From NCBI GenBank assembly GCA_016931155.1, contig JAFGFJ010000006.1, forward strand, positions 472,652-536,651: 64,000 bases of DNA, written 5' to 3'. The DNA is from Candidatus Dojkabacteria bacterium. Lineage in GTDB: Bacteria > Patescibacteriota > Dojkabacteria > B142 > JAFGFJ01. Position numbers and translations under genes: made by a program. The notes beneath the pieces were generated by a model. The model saw only the letters and a program-made list of their open reading frames with translations. It was not told the DNA's origin and made no database searches. Of the stretch, positions 1-9,907 are shown one piece after another (the stretch's first letter is position 1; each line of letters starts with the position of its first letter).

Positions 1-743
1 GCGGCTCTTACCATATCGAACCACATATGCATGTGCATAGCTATCTCATCTCCGAATTTTGCTTTTCTATCAAGTACCCAGTTTGTCCAGAAGTTGTAGT
101 TGGCAGGACCAAATGCAGTGTAGATTCTCGGATTGAACATATGAGTCATTGGCATATTGTGATGATCCTTACTTAGTTGATCCATCTGGTTCAAAAAGGT
201 GTTCGATACATCCATTCCTTCCCAGTCTATTGTCCATGCTGAGTATAGAGCGTATGAAATATTTATTTCTACGGGCGTGCTTTTTACTTCTGATACGTTA
301 CTTCCTTCCTTTGGTATTGCTCCGATCAGTTTGTATTTACCTGGTGTGATATTTGTACTGTCAATAATTCCTTCATAGGTATTGTCTGAAGTCTTTTCCA
401 TGTTACCTGAAAAATCGGTATCCTCAAGCCTCCATTTCATATCAAGGTCTTTATCTATGTAGGCGTCTGTAACTGTAACACTGAACTTTGCTTGATTCTC
501 TCCGTTCTTAAACTCAACACCTTTGAGTATCCATTTTCTGCTTGTTGCTCCGGTAAATTCATACACATCTTTCTTTTTGTTTGACTTATACTGTTCGACC
601 GATTCGCCTTTCGGGACAAGAGAAAAAACCCCTGCACATACAGCGGCTATAAAAATCAGTAAAGTAAAAAAAGGTAGGACGTCTCTGAAAAAGTTTGTTT
701 TTCTTCTCGCTGGTTTTTGATTTCTTGAAGTGAAGGTTTCCAT
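1..743 (-). CDS. Partial CDS running off the window start: hypothetical membrane-anchored/secreted protein. Only the N-terminal ~247 aa are present.
   Basis: Uninterrupted minus-strand frame from ATG (complement of 743..741) to position 1. N-terminal hydrophobic segment FFTLLIFIAAVCAGVFSLV after a basic stretch. Absent from the ORF track because it is truncated by the window edge; the listed plus-strand ORF 149..349 lies inside it. Confidence 0.5.
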   Translation of the reverse strand, partial: METFTSRNQKPARRKTNFFRDVLPFFTLLIFIAAVCAGVFSLVPKGESVEQYKSNKKKDVYEFTGATSRKWILKGVEFKNGENQAKFSVTVTDAYIDKDLDMKWRLEDTDFSGNMEKTSDNTYEGIIDSTNITPGKYKLIGAIPKEGSNVSEVKSTPVEINISYALYSAWTIDWEGMDVSNTFLNQMDQLSKDHHNMPMTHMFNPRIYTAFGPANYNFWTNWVLDRKAKFGDEIAMHMHMWFDMVRA

Positions 744-838
744 ATAAATAATTATACTTCATTCCTGCAAAAATGAGCAATTTTTGATATAATCCATACC
801 ACACTTATTATAGAGATACTAATTATTAACATTAGTGT

Positions 839-1138
839 ATGAAAGTAGACAAACATGTTGATTCCACAGAAGTGGAAAACCTTTTAAAAGCTATCTTAAA
901 GCTCAGAAATATTAACGAAGCAAAAAAGTTTTTTAGAGATTTGATGACAGTACCTGAGATTAAGTCTTTTGCAGGCAGATGGAAATCAGCAAGAATGCTG
1001 GATGAGGGAATTTCGTACAAGGAAATTGAAAAGGAAACGGGAATCAGCAGTGCGACAATAGCAAGAGTCAGTCAATGGCTTAACTACGGAATGGATGGTT
1101 ATAGACTGGTTTTAGACAGGGTGAAAAAGAATAAATAA
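839..1138 (+). CDS. YerC/YecD family TrpR-like DNA-binding protein
   Basis: 99 aa; C-terminal ISSATIARVSQWLNYG helix-turn-helix typical of the YerC/TrpR-like family. Confidence 0.65.
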   Translation: MKVDKHVDSTEVENLLKAILKLRNINEAKKFFRDLMTVPEIKSFAGRWKSARMLDEGISYKEIEKETGISSATIARVSQWLNYGMDGYRLVLDRVKKNK

Positions 1139-1157
1139 ATAATTAATTATTAATCTA

Positions 1158-1622
1158 TTGCAAATGCCTGAAGGAAAAATAACGGAAAAAATACGAGACT
1201 TATTGATTCCAGAAGAAATTTCCATAATGACCGATGAGTTCTGTCGTGCTACTGATATCTATAAAGCTCTTGGGCTGGCTTCAGGTGAACAGCAAGTATT
1301 CAGGGGTCAGTTTATTGCTTCACTATATCAGGCAATGCCTGGTAGGATTTTATCTTCATATGTTAATTCTGTTTTAGAGAAAAGGGTTGCTGACTTGTGT
1401 GACATAGAGATAGCCCAACTTGGGCTTAACTCTCCTCGCATAAGTTTTATTCGTGCTTCAGCTATGTCTTTGGCATATGAATATTTTGAAGCATTAAATT
1501 GTGCAAATGAAAATAGTAAAGCAGTTGATTGGGCGGGGATACCAGAAATTAATAATCGTGCTTTAGATAAAATTTTTCTTAGGATTGAAGTGGATAGCAA
1601 TACAATTAAAGATCTTCAGTGA
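1158..1622 (+). CDS. hypothetical protein
   Basis: 154-aa ORF with coding-like composition; no recognisable motif. Confidence 0.45.
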   Translation: MQMPEGKITEKIRDLLIPEEISIMTDEFCRATDIYKALGLASGEQQVFRGQFIASLYQAMPGRILSSYVNSVLEKRVADLCDIEIAQLGLNSPRISFIRASAMSLAYEYFEALNCANENSKAVDWAGIPEINNRALDKIFLRIEVDSNTIKDLQ

Positions 1623-1885
1623 AATTTATTTTAATCTTAGAGATAAAGTTTTCTGTTGATGAAGCTATTTGAGTAGCTGTCTGTACGCTACAAAAATAGT
1701 AGTATTTATATTTGTGATTATGTTTACCAAATACGTATTGAAGCTGAGCCGATCATTGTACTTGTTTATATGAGGAATTGTTTTTTGTTTCTTCTTTCTT
1801 GCCGGTGTAAACCCGGTTTTTTTTTGTTTTATAATATCTGTGTTGACTATGGTGTTTAATGAGAATTACTTTTAAAATAAACATT

Positions 1886-3184
1886 ATGAATAAGAATTTA
1901 ATACAAGCCAGAACATTAAAGGGCTTCCGTGATTTTCTGGCGGATGAGCTCAATATGAGAAGAAAAATTTTCGGAATTTTTGAAGACATATTCGAGAAAT
2001 ATGGATATGAGCCTTTGGAAACTTCTAATCTGGAGTACTATGATATTCTTACAGGAAAATATGGTGAGGAAGAAAAATTGATATATAATTTTACTGACTT
2101 TGGGGGAAGAAGAGTTGGGATGAGGTATGATCTGACAGTCCCGACAGCGAGGGTGTATGCACAGTACAAAGATAAGTTGCCACTTCCATGGAAGAGGTAC
2201 GCTATTCAGAAGGTTTGGAGGGCAGATAATACTCAAAAGGGAAGATATAGGGAATTCTATCAGATGGATGCAGATTCTATAGGGGTGGCTTCTATGATTT
2301 CTGATACTGAATTTATTGATATGGGAATTGAGATAATACAGCAATTGGGATTTCAGGATTTTGAGGTGCAGATAAATAACAGGAAAATATTGAATGCTGT
2401 TGCCAAATATGCAGGAAGAGAAGACAAATTTGAAGACATTGTTTATGCAGTTGACAAATGGGAAAAAAGACCAGAAAAAGAAACCAGAGAGGATCTTTTG
2501 AATAGAGGATTAAGGGCAAAAGAAGTTGATAAAATTTTTGAGTGTATTGAGCTGGAGGTTGATGGCAATTATGAACAGCTTGATAATCTACAGGAGAAGT
2601 TTTTTAATATACCTGAAGGTCTTGAAGGGATAAAGGAGCTTAAAGAAATATTTAATCTTCTTCAGCAGAAGGACTTCTTGAAGTATAAGCCGACAATTTC
2701 CAGAGGGCTTGTGTATTATACTGGGCCGGTATGGGAGTGGGTGATTCTGGAAGGAGGAGTGGGTTCAATTGGTGGTTGCGGCAGATATGATAAATTGATT
2801 GGTTCAATGCTTGGAGAGGATATCCCTGCTACTGGTGGAAGTTTTGGAGTGGAACGCATAATCGAAGTAATGAAAGATAGAAATATGCTTCTTAAGGAAG
2901 ACAAAAAAGAAGATTTACTGGTCACAATTTTCAATGAAGAGTACATCCAGAAAAGCTACGGGATAGCCACAGAAATCAGAAGGCAAGGTCTGACCGTAAT
3001 ACTATACCCCGATATCAAACCTCTAAAAAAACAACTTGAGTTTGCCGATAAGAAATCTATTGATTGGGTGGTGATAATAGGTGAGGAGGAAGAAAAAGAA
3101 AATGTTGTAACTGTGAGGAATATGAAGAGTGGCGAGCAGAGAAAAGTGAAAGTGGGGCAGGTGAAAGATCTTGTGCAAAATTAG
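1886..3184 (+). CDS. hisS: histidyl-tRNA synthetase (class II)
   Basis: MNKNLIQARTLKGFRDFL N-terminus, class II motif 2 (MRYDLTVPTAR) and motif 3 (GGRYD...GGSFGVERI). Start moved to ATG 1886 inside track ORF 1859..3184. Confidence 0.9.
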   Translation: MNKNLIQARTLKGFRDFLADELNMRRKIFGIFEDIFEKYGYEPLETSNLEYYDILTGKYGEEEKLIYNFTDFGGRRVGMRYDLTVPTARVYAQYKDKLPLPWKRYAIQKVWRADNTQKGRYREFYQMDADSIGVASMISDTEFIDMGIEIIQQLGFQDFEVQINNRKILNAVAKYAGREDKFEDIVYAVDKWEKRPEKETREDLLNRGLRAKEVDKIFECIELEVDGNYEQLDNLQEKFFNIPEGLEGIKELKEIFNLLQQKDFLKYKPTISRGLVYYTGPVWEWVILEGGVGSIGGCGRYDKLIGSMLGEDIPATGGSFGVERIIEVMKDRNMLLKEDKKEDLLVTIFNEEYIQKSYGIATEIRRQGLTVILYPDIKPLKKQLEFADKKSIDWVVIIGEEEEKENVVTVRNMKSGEQRKVKVGQVKDLVQN

Positions 3185-3256
3185 TATCAGTAGTTATCTA
3201 TGTCAGAAGATTTGTAAGGGAATGCTATAATACACAATAGTATTTATATAAACATT

Positions 3257-3475
3257 ATGGAAGGAAACAAATATACGATAAGATCAACTGTTCCTGACCA
3301 AGAACTTGGAGGGGTCGAAGTAACTCCTGTGGAAGTGGCGGAGTTAGCGAATAGTATCGATAGGATGTTATCAGCGGTTCCTATTGATATTGATGGTGTT
3401 TTGGTTGGAGATATTGCAGATATGTTGCTTAGTATGTTGAGCGGTAAATCCACAGGTGAAAATATTACACATTAG
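3257..3475 (+). CDS. small hypothetical protein (72 aa)
   Basis: Non-repetitive acidic ORF in an otherwise empty gap; no homology recognised. Confidence 0.3.
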   Translation: MEGNKYTIRSTVPDQELGGVEVTPVEVAELANSIDRMLSAVPIDIDGVLVGDIADMLLSMLSGKSTGENITH

Positions 3476-3541
3476 TAAATTCCTGGTAAACGATCCTTTT
3501 TTCGTGGATCTGGAATTTTAATGTTTTAGCTATTTTTTTCA

Positions 3542-3560
3542 CTCGGAAATACTTACCGAA
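3542..3560 (-). promoter_or_regulatory. copy of the recurrent TTTCGGTA-type motif (reverse strand reads CGGTAAGTATTTCCGAG) upstream of the ABC transporter operon
   Basis: Direct sequence comparison with 30991..31035, 33706..33721 and 48760..48802. Confidence 0.25.
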
Positions 3561-3676
3561 TAACACAATTGTTGGGAAAAATATTATTTAAAATTCTCAC
3601 CGCTAACTTACTTCCCAATTTGTCTGAAGTGTGCTTTAATGGAAATTGTGTATTTTGCACATGTTATGTCTCGAAA

Positions 3677-4441
3677 ATGAAAATGAAATCGATTATTTCT
3701 GTAATAAACTTAAAAAAGGATTACGGAACTTTAAAGGCGGTAAAAGGGGTTTCCTTTGATGTATACAAGGATGAGGTTTTTGGAATACTGGGTCCGAATG
3801 GAGCCGGGAAAACAACGACTCTTGAGATGATGGAAGGGTTGAGGAAAATAGATTCAGGAAAAGTGATGATTGACGGGATTGACGCTCAGAAGTGCCCTGA
3901 CAAAATAAAGAATATTACTGGGGTTCAGTTGCAGGCTACTGCGGTCTTTGATTATTTGACCCTTGCAGAGCTTCTCGATCTATATGCAAGCTTTTATGGT
4001 AGAAAAATTGATTCACTTGAGCTTCTGGATAAGGTTGACCTGGAAGACAAGAAGGGCTTCTTTGTTGATAGCCTTTCAGGAGGTCAAAAACAAAGGTTTT
4101 CAATTGCAATAGCACTAGTAAATGATCCGAAGGTTATTTTTCTTGATGAACCCAGTACAGGGCTTGACCCTCAAGCGAGAAGAAATCTTTGGGATCTTGT
4201 CAAAGAACTTAGATTGAGTGACAAAAAAACGGTTGTTTTAACTACGCATTACATGGATGAGGCGGAGTATCTTTGCGATAGGGTTGCAGTGATGGATCAT
4301 GGTGATGTTGTTGCATTGGACACTCCTGATAATTTGATAAATGAGTTATTGAAAAAGGGCTTTAAGAAAAAGGTTGAAGTAAAGCCAGCAAATCTTGAGG
4401 ATGTGTTTATTGATCTGACGGGTCACAGTTTAAGAGAGTGA
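3677..4441 (+). CDS. ABC transporter ATP-binding protein (ABC-2 exporter type)
   Basis: Walker A GPNGAGKTT, signature LSGGQKQR, Walker B IFLDEPSTGLD. Start at ATG 3677 (MKMKSII) within track ORF 3569..4441. Confidence 0.9.
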   Translation: MKMKSIISVINLKKDYGTLKAVKGVSFDVYKDEVFGILGPNGAGKTTTLEMMEGLRKIDSGKVMIDGIDAQKCPDKIKNITGVQLQATAVFDYLTLAELLDLYASFYGRKIDSLELLDKVDLEDKKGFFVDSLSGGQKQRFSIAIALVNDPKVIFLDEPSTGLDPQARRNLWDLVKELRLSDKKTVVLTTHYMDEAEYLCDRVAVMDHGDVVALDTPDNLINELLKKGFKKKVEVKPANLEDVFIDLTGHSLRE

Positions 4442-4512
4442 TTTTGATAGAAAGACTTCTCTCTTAATAACGGATTTGGATTAGTCTCGAGGAGAAGTCT
4501 TTCTATCAAAAT
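4441..4512 (+). other. Perfect 21-bp inverted repeat (stem 4441-4461 / 4492-4512, ~30-nt loop) between the ABC ATPase stop and the permease start
   Basis: ATTTTGATAGAAAGACTTCTC ... GAGAAGTCTTTCTATCAAAAT read directly; no trailing T-run. Confidence 0.6.
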
Positions 4513-4534
4513 CAAATCTAAACATATTAATAAA

Positions 4535-5656
4535 ATGGTTTCAAAAACTTTCATTCCTTTAACAATCGCATCAATAAAAATGTTTTTCAGGGACAGGCAG
4601 GCCTTGTTCTGGAGCCTATTTTTTCCAATTGTAATTATGGGTATTTTTGGTCTTATTGATTTCTCAAGATTTACTATTGACCTTGGAATTGTTGTTGCTG
4701 AGGAAAATAAGTTGGAGTTTGCTGGGATTGTTGAAGGATTAAAACAAAATGCAGCATTCAACGTAACTGAAGGAAATTATGCTGACGAAGAGGCTGAACT
4801 GATAGATGACAAGCGTGATCTTATTCTGGTTTTGAACAAGAATGATGAGGGAGTTATTGAAGCTGAAGCATTGATTAATGCCTCTACTCAAACTCAAAGC
4901 AGTGCTATTGCGAAAGAAATAAAAGACATGCTTGAATCAAATATTCTGAACCAGGCAAATGTACAACTGCCATTTAGATTCAAAGAACAGATTATAGATG
5001 TTAATGATCTTACGCCTTTAAACTTTATACTACCGGGCGTTTTAGGGATTGCACTTATGAATAATTCTATGTTTGGAGTTGCGGGCGGAATAGTACGAAA
5101 TAGGGAGAGGAATGCTCTGAAAAGTCTTTTTGCCACACCTTTGAAAAAGTCTGACTTTCTGCTTTCTCAGGTAATTACCAGGCTGGTAGTATCAATGATG
5201 CAGGTGGTGATTCTATTTGCATTGCCGATTAGTGTAAACCGTGTTTCGGGATTAATTCAAGGAATTCCTCCTGAAGAGGCTGTTTTTTATTTTAAGGTAG
5301 TTGGAAGCTGGTTTGATCTTTTTGCTGTTGCAGTATTTGGAGCGGTGGTTTTTATTAATTTTGGATTTATGGTGTCAGCTCTCTCCAAGACCTATAATCA
5401 AGCGGTATCTCTAGTGAATATTGTTGCTACTCCTATGATGTTCTTGTCTGGAGCATTTTTCCCCAAGGAGGTTTTGCCAAAATTTTTGCAAAGTATTGCT
5501 GGTTACTTCCCGCTTACATTTCTTGTTGACGGGATGAGGGAAGTCATGAATAAAGGTGCAGGCTTTGTTGAGATAGAAATCCAGCTTGCAGGTCTTCTAA
5601 TATGGGCTTTGCTTATTTTCGTCCTTGCAACAAGACTGTTCAAGTGGGAAAGCTAA
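4535..5656 (+). CDS. ABC-2 family transporter permease
   Basis: Six-plus hydrophobic helices with an ABC-2 type layout, immediately downstream of the ATPase. Confidence 0.8.
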   Translation: MVSKTFIPLTIASIKMFFRDRQALFWSLFFPIVIMGIFGLIDFSRFTIDLGIVVAEENKLEFAGIVEGLKQNAAFNVTEGNYADEEAELIDDKRDLILVLNKNDEGVIEAEALINASTQTQSSAIAKEIKDMLESNILNQANVQLPFRFKEQIIDVNDLTPLNFILPGVLGIALMNNSMFGVAGGIVRNRERNALKSLFATPLKKSDFLLSQVITRLVVSMMQVVILFALPISVNRVSGLIQGIPPEEAVFYFKVVGSWFDLFAVAVFGAVVFINFGFMVSALSKTYNQAVSLVNIVATPMMFLSGAFFPKEVLPKFLQSIAGYFPLTFLVDGMREVMNKGAGFVEIEIQLAGLLIWALLIFVLATRLFKWES

Positions 5657-5742
5657 TATTTTTATTTCTCAAATAATCAGTTATACTTCTCTTGTACTGG
5701 TATTTTGTTTGTATTAAGTTATCAATATATTAATTCATAATT

Positions 5743-6336
5743 ATGTCTGACATAGCAAACCTCTCGGATAGAGTATATAGGCAAATGATAAATCCTCTTT
5801 TTGAACTTCCTGTTGGAGATGATGCTCCAAAAGAGATAAATATGCTTGTCGAGACTCCAATGGGTTCAATTAATAAGTTTGAGTTCCATACGAATACGGG
5901 TCTTATCAAACTTGACAGAGTTCTTTTCGAGAAACTTCCTTATCCTATTGAGTATGGAGCGATTCCTCAAACCTGGGATGAGGATGAAGATCTTCTTGAC
6001 ATTATGTCTTTGATTACATATCCGACATTCCCTGGTTGTTTAATTTCCGTAAGACCGATTGGGGTGATGATGTTCAATGATGGTGGAGAAAAAGACGATA
6101 AGATATTAGCAGTTCCAGTTAATGATATTAGATTCAGCAATGTAAAAAGTCTTGATGATATTAGTGAGCATCAAAAAGATGAAATCGCTTTCTTTTTTGA
6201 AAGGTATAAGGATCTTCAATTTAAGTATAAAGGTGAAAAAGATAAAAAAGTTGTTGTCGAAGGGTGGGGAGAGACTGAAGCAGCATACAAAATAATTGGA
6301 GATGCACAGGAACTATTTATAAAGACGTTTAGTTGA
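5743..6336 (+). CDS. ppa: inorganic pyrophosphatase (family I)
   Basis: ETPMGSINKFEF, KLDRVLF, YPIEYGAIPQTWDEDEDLLD signature blocks. Confidence 0.9.
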   Translation: MSDIANLSDRVYRQMINPLFELPVGDDAPKEINMLVETPMGSINKFEFHTNTGLIKLDRVLFEKLPYPIEYGAIPQTWDEDEDLLDIMSLITYPTFPGCLISVRPIGVMMFNDGGEKDDKILAVPVNDIRFSNVKSLDDISEHQKDEIAFFFERYKDLQFKYKGEKDKKVVVEGWGETEAAYKIIGDAQELFIKTFS

Positions 6337-6345
6337 GATTATTAT

Positions 6346-8379
6346 CTACGAATCACGTATTATAGTCGACCCGGGAACCTCTCTTTCGATATGATTTAAT
6401 AATTCTTGATAACTTTTTATATGCGGATGAATAGAATCTCTTCTTATGTTCATCTCGTGGAAATATCTTGCTGCATATACCAGATCAGTGATGGCTGTGG
6501 AATCACACAGTGGGCTGCCTTGCAGGTCAGGGATTGACATGAACTGATGTACGGTTCTACGCAGGTAGTTTGCAATTGCATCTATTGAAGTCTTATCACT
6601 ATCAGAATCTTTTTTTGTATTATTTTTTATTGCGCAAACCCCACCTATAATATGGATTTTTTCTACTAAACCAAACAGTTGATAACTATACTCAGGAGGT
6701 ATTTTGAGAAGTGTATCGAGATTAAAATCAGACAAATTACCAGAGAAAAAGTCAAGCTCAAAGTGAAAGTCTTGATCTAAATTGGGTCTAATCAATTTTT
6801 CATAGATCTGAATTGCGATTTGGAGTCGAATTTTTTTGTCATTTTCTGTAAGACTATCAAGGAAGGATCCATAAAAAACCGAATTTTCTCCAAGATTAAA
6901 ATCAAATAATTCTGCAGGAGTGTAGTTAACTAAACCTTTTATGCCCAGTTTCTCATTCCCGAAAGTAAGAGCTTTTATTGCTTCGATATAAGTAGCAATA
7001 TATTTTGTATAGCTTTCTGTGCTAAATGTTTCTGGATACATATTTATAAAGGGTGTGGGGAATTTCCCCAGGTGCTCAATTGCATGACCAGATTCGTGCC
7101 AGAGTGAACGATAGTATCCTGGTCTTATAGTTTGAAGTGTAAGATCTATGCTTTCACCTTTGAAAGTGTTTTTTTCTGCATTTAGGCTTAATCTTTTTGG
7201 AAGGGTAAGCATTGCCAGCGGAAAAATTAATCCAAATTCCGTTTCAAGAAAATCTCTTGTTCCCAAAATATTGACTGAGGGGTCAACAGGGATGTCAATA
7301 TTTCTTGCTATCTTTGGTATTACTGTTCTTAATTCTTCTGTATAATTTTCCGGCTCAATTTTGGTATTAGAAAATATCTCATATAATCCTCTTATTTGTT
7401 CATCATCTGATCTGGAAGGATTTTCTCCAGTAGATATTAAAGTATATAACATGTCTGGCATTGCTATCATCCGGACAAAGGGAAGTTGAGACAATCCTAG
7501 TTTTTCTGCAAATGATTGAATAGATGTGTGGAGTTCTGAGAGTAGTGATAATTTCTCAGGACTAATCTGACTGACAAATTCAGAAGTTGGGGCTCTGTTT
7601 TCCTCAAGGGTTTTTGTGGTCGCCTCTGTTTGTAATGCTGGATCATTGGTGTTTTCATTTGGGTGTCTTGTAACTGGTTCATTTGGTTGTTCAGTACTCC
7701 CGCTATCACCTTTTGAAGGTATAAGATTAGTCCCTACCCCTGTGGCTCCTAGTGTAATACAAAAAAAAACTATTTTTTTGAGAACATTTCTTCTGTTTCT
7801 TTCGTGCGGTAACAGACTGTTATCTTTGATTTTTTTTCTTGCATTTTTTGCCAGTTCTTTTGTTCGTTTATCTTTTGCATAAGACTCCAATAGTTCAAGT
7901 CTAACAACGTATTGCAGTTGATCAGTATTGTGCCTTCCATCAAACGGTCGATTTCTTTGATTGTCTTTAGAAGGATCAGTTTTCAATGCACCCTCAGTTA
8001 GAGCTTTGATCAATTCCTTGTTACTCAACGGTTCATATCCTAATGTTTCTGCTGATCTTTTTACTTCTGTAATTGTTTTGAGCATTGCAGTAGATGTTTC
8101 TCTATCAAGTACGATTTTTTCAAGATCCAGGAGGGAAAGAGTATGAACAGTCAATAAAATGTCTTCACTGTTTTTTTCATCGTAATAGTAGGCATTATCA
8201 ATTCTTTCTAAAATGTGTTCAATGAAATGAGTGAGTCTTATGGGGTCAGCATTCAAGTACCTTCCTTTTATTGGATTAGTTGCTATCCCAGAGTCACCGC
8301 TGAAGAATATGTCACCAAACGTAAAATCTGGGGAATACATGGTTGCAGAAGCACTTTCTGTTTTATCTGGTAAGACCAT
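6346..8379 (-). CDS. large hypothetical membrane protein with a C-terminal HExxH zinc-metallopeptidase-like domain
   Basis: 677 aa; single TM (IVFFCITLGATGVGTNLI) around residue 200, low-complexity linker, then YRSLWHESGHAIEHLGKF (HExxH). Confidence 0.6.
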   Translation of the reverse strand: MVLPDKTESASATMYSPDFTFGDIFFSGDSGIATNPIKGRYLNADPIRLTHFIEHILERIDNAYYYDEKNSEDILLTVHTLSLLDLEKIVLDRETSTAMLKTITEVKRSAETLGYEPLSNKELIKALTEGALKTDPSKDNQRNRPFDGRHNTDQLQYVVRLELLESYAKDKRTKELAKNARKKIKDNSLLPHERNRRNVLKKIVFFCITLGATGVGTNLIPSKGDSGSTEQPNEPVTRHPNENTNDPALQTEATTKTLEENRAPTSEFVSQISPEKLSLLSELHTSIQSFAEKLGLSQLPFVRMIAMPDMLYTLISTGENPSRSDDEQIRGLYEIFSNTKIEPENYTEELRTVIPKIARNIDIPVDPSVNILGTRDFLETEFGLIFPLAMLTLPKRLSLNAEKNTFKGESIDLTLQTIRPGYYRSLWHESGHAIEHLGKFPTPFINMYPETFSTESYTKYIATYIEAIKALTFGNEKLGIKGLVNYTPAELFDFNLGENSVFYGSFLDSLTENDKKIRLQIAIQIYEKLIRPNLDQDFHFELDFFSGNLSDFNLDTLLKIPPEYSYQLFGLVEKIHIIGGVCAIKNNTKKDSDSDKTSIDAIANYLRRTVHQFMSIPDLQGSPLCDSTAITDLVYAARYFHEMNIRRDSIHPHIKSYQELLNHIEREVPGSTIIRDS

Positions 8380-8426
8380 CTATTTGATACCTATGGCGCA
8401 TTATACCATAGATAAATTATATGTAT

Positions 8427-9518
8427 TTATTTACTGTTGCTGTATATTACTCCTCCGCCCAGGCATTCTTCTTTGTTGTAGATTGCTGCACTTTGTCCTT
8501 CTGTGATAGCTCTCTGGGGTTTGTAAAAGGTTATCCTTGCATTGCTTCCTGAGATGTCAATAACAGCTTTTTGCGGTGTTTGTCTGTATCTTACAGATAC
8601 ATCTACTTTCCTGGAGGAAGGCATATTTATCCAATTTATGTCGCAAATTGGCATTTCTTTTTTGAAAAGAGCAGGGTTGTTCCTTCCCATCGCTACGAAC
8701 AGAATATTTCTTTTCAGATCCTTATTTACTACAAAGTACGGTTCTTCAACTCCACCTATTTTTAAACCTTCTCTTTGCCCAACTGTATAAAAAATTACAC
8801 CATCATGATCTCCAACTACATCTCCGGTGTTTATATCGAGTATCTTCCCTGACTTTTCCTTTAACCTTGATCTCAAAAATTTTTTGACGTCAATGTTGCC
8901 AATGAAACATATTCCCTGACTGTCTTTTCTTTTTGCGTTTGGAAGCTTGTATTTTTCAGCGATTTTTCTTACTTCCGGTTTTTCCAAATGGCCGATAGGG
9001 AATAGTGTTTTTGAAAGTTGCTCCTCTGTGATCTTATGGAGAAAGTAACTCTGATCCTTATTCTTATCAACTCCTTTGTAAAGGTGAAATCTTTTATCAT
9101 TTCCCTTTTTAACTCTTGCGTAATGGCCGGTTGCAATAAGGTCTGCACCCTCTTTTTGTGATTTTTCCAGAAAAAGGCCGAATTTTATTTCTTTGTTGCA
9201 CATTACATCGGGGTTTGGGGTTCGTCCTGCTTCATACTCTCTAAAAAAATATTCAACCACTTTTTGTCTGTATTCTTTCTCAAAATTGAATGAGCGAAAT
9301 GGAATATTCAGGATTTGACATACAGACTCTACAATTTTCTGTTCTTCCTCCCATGGGCATTCATCTTGAATCCCATAGTTATCTCCAGACCAATTCTTCA
9401 TGTAAACACCAACAAGGTTGTAACCCTGCTCCTTGAGTAAGGCGGCAGATACAGAACTATCTACTCCGCCGGACATTGCGATAAAAATAGTTTTTGCATA
9501 TTTTCTAGACTTTTTCAT
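8427..9518 (-). CDS. mnmA: tRNA-specific 2-thiouridylase MnmA
   Basis: PP-loop SGGVDSS at N-terminus; overall MnmA layout. Confidence 0.9.
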   Translation of the reverse strand: MKKSRKYAKTIFIAMSGGVDSSVSAALLKEQGYNLVGVYMKNWSGDNYGIQDECPWEEEQKIVESVCQILNIPFRSFNFEKEYRQKVVEYFFREYEAGRTPNPDVMCNKEIKFGLFLEKSQKEGADLIATGHYARVKKGNDKRFHLYKGVDKNKDQSYFLHKITEEQLSKTLFPIGHLEKPEVRKIAEKYKLPNAKRKDSQGICFIGNIDVKKFLRSRLKEKSGKILDINTGDVVGDHDGVIFYTVGQREGLKIGGVEEPYFVVNKDLKRNILFVAMGRNNPALFKKEMPICDINWINMPSSRKVDVSVRYRQTPQKAVIDISGSNARITFYKPQRAITEGQSAAIYNKEECLGGGVIYSNSK

Positions 9519-9907
9519 CAGTAGATTATAGCATTCATGCCTGATCTTTAATGTTGATATAACAACACCAAAGAGAAATAAAATTTATATAATAGATATA
9601 TCTTTATATTGAATGGTATAGATAATAATAAGACTGTTGTCAGGCAGGACTGTTTTCGAGTGTGCCAATCAGCAGGAAGAAGCAAATCTAACTTTTGATC
9701 TTCTGATGCTTGATGCAGCCTTTCTAACGATGGTATATATTAGAGCAAATCCAAGGAAGCATAGAAAATGGAAAGTACTTGAAGACCAGACTTTGTAAAA
9801 TTACCTTTAAGCAATATTTCTATTGCTCCACGATTTGCAACGGATAATTTTTATTTTTTCGTTGTTTAGAATTATACCGTTTCAATTCGTTTTAGATCTC
9901 AGTGAAC

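Noticed and set aside
149-349. 66-aa plus-strand track ORF
   Set aside because: Lies antisense inside the longer window-truncated minus-strand CDS 1..743.
1800-1830. CCGG...CCGG plus T9 run upstream of hisS as a terminator
   Set aside because: The stem is only 4-5 bp; too weak to call.
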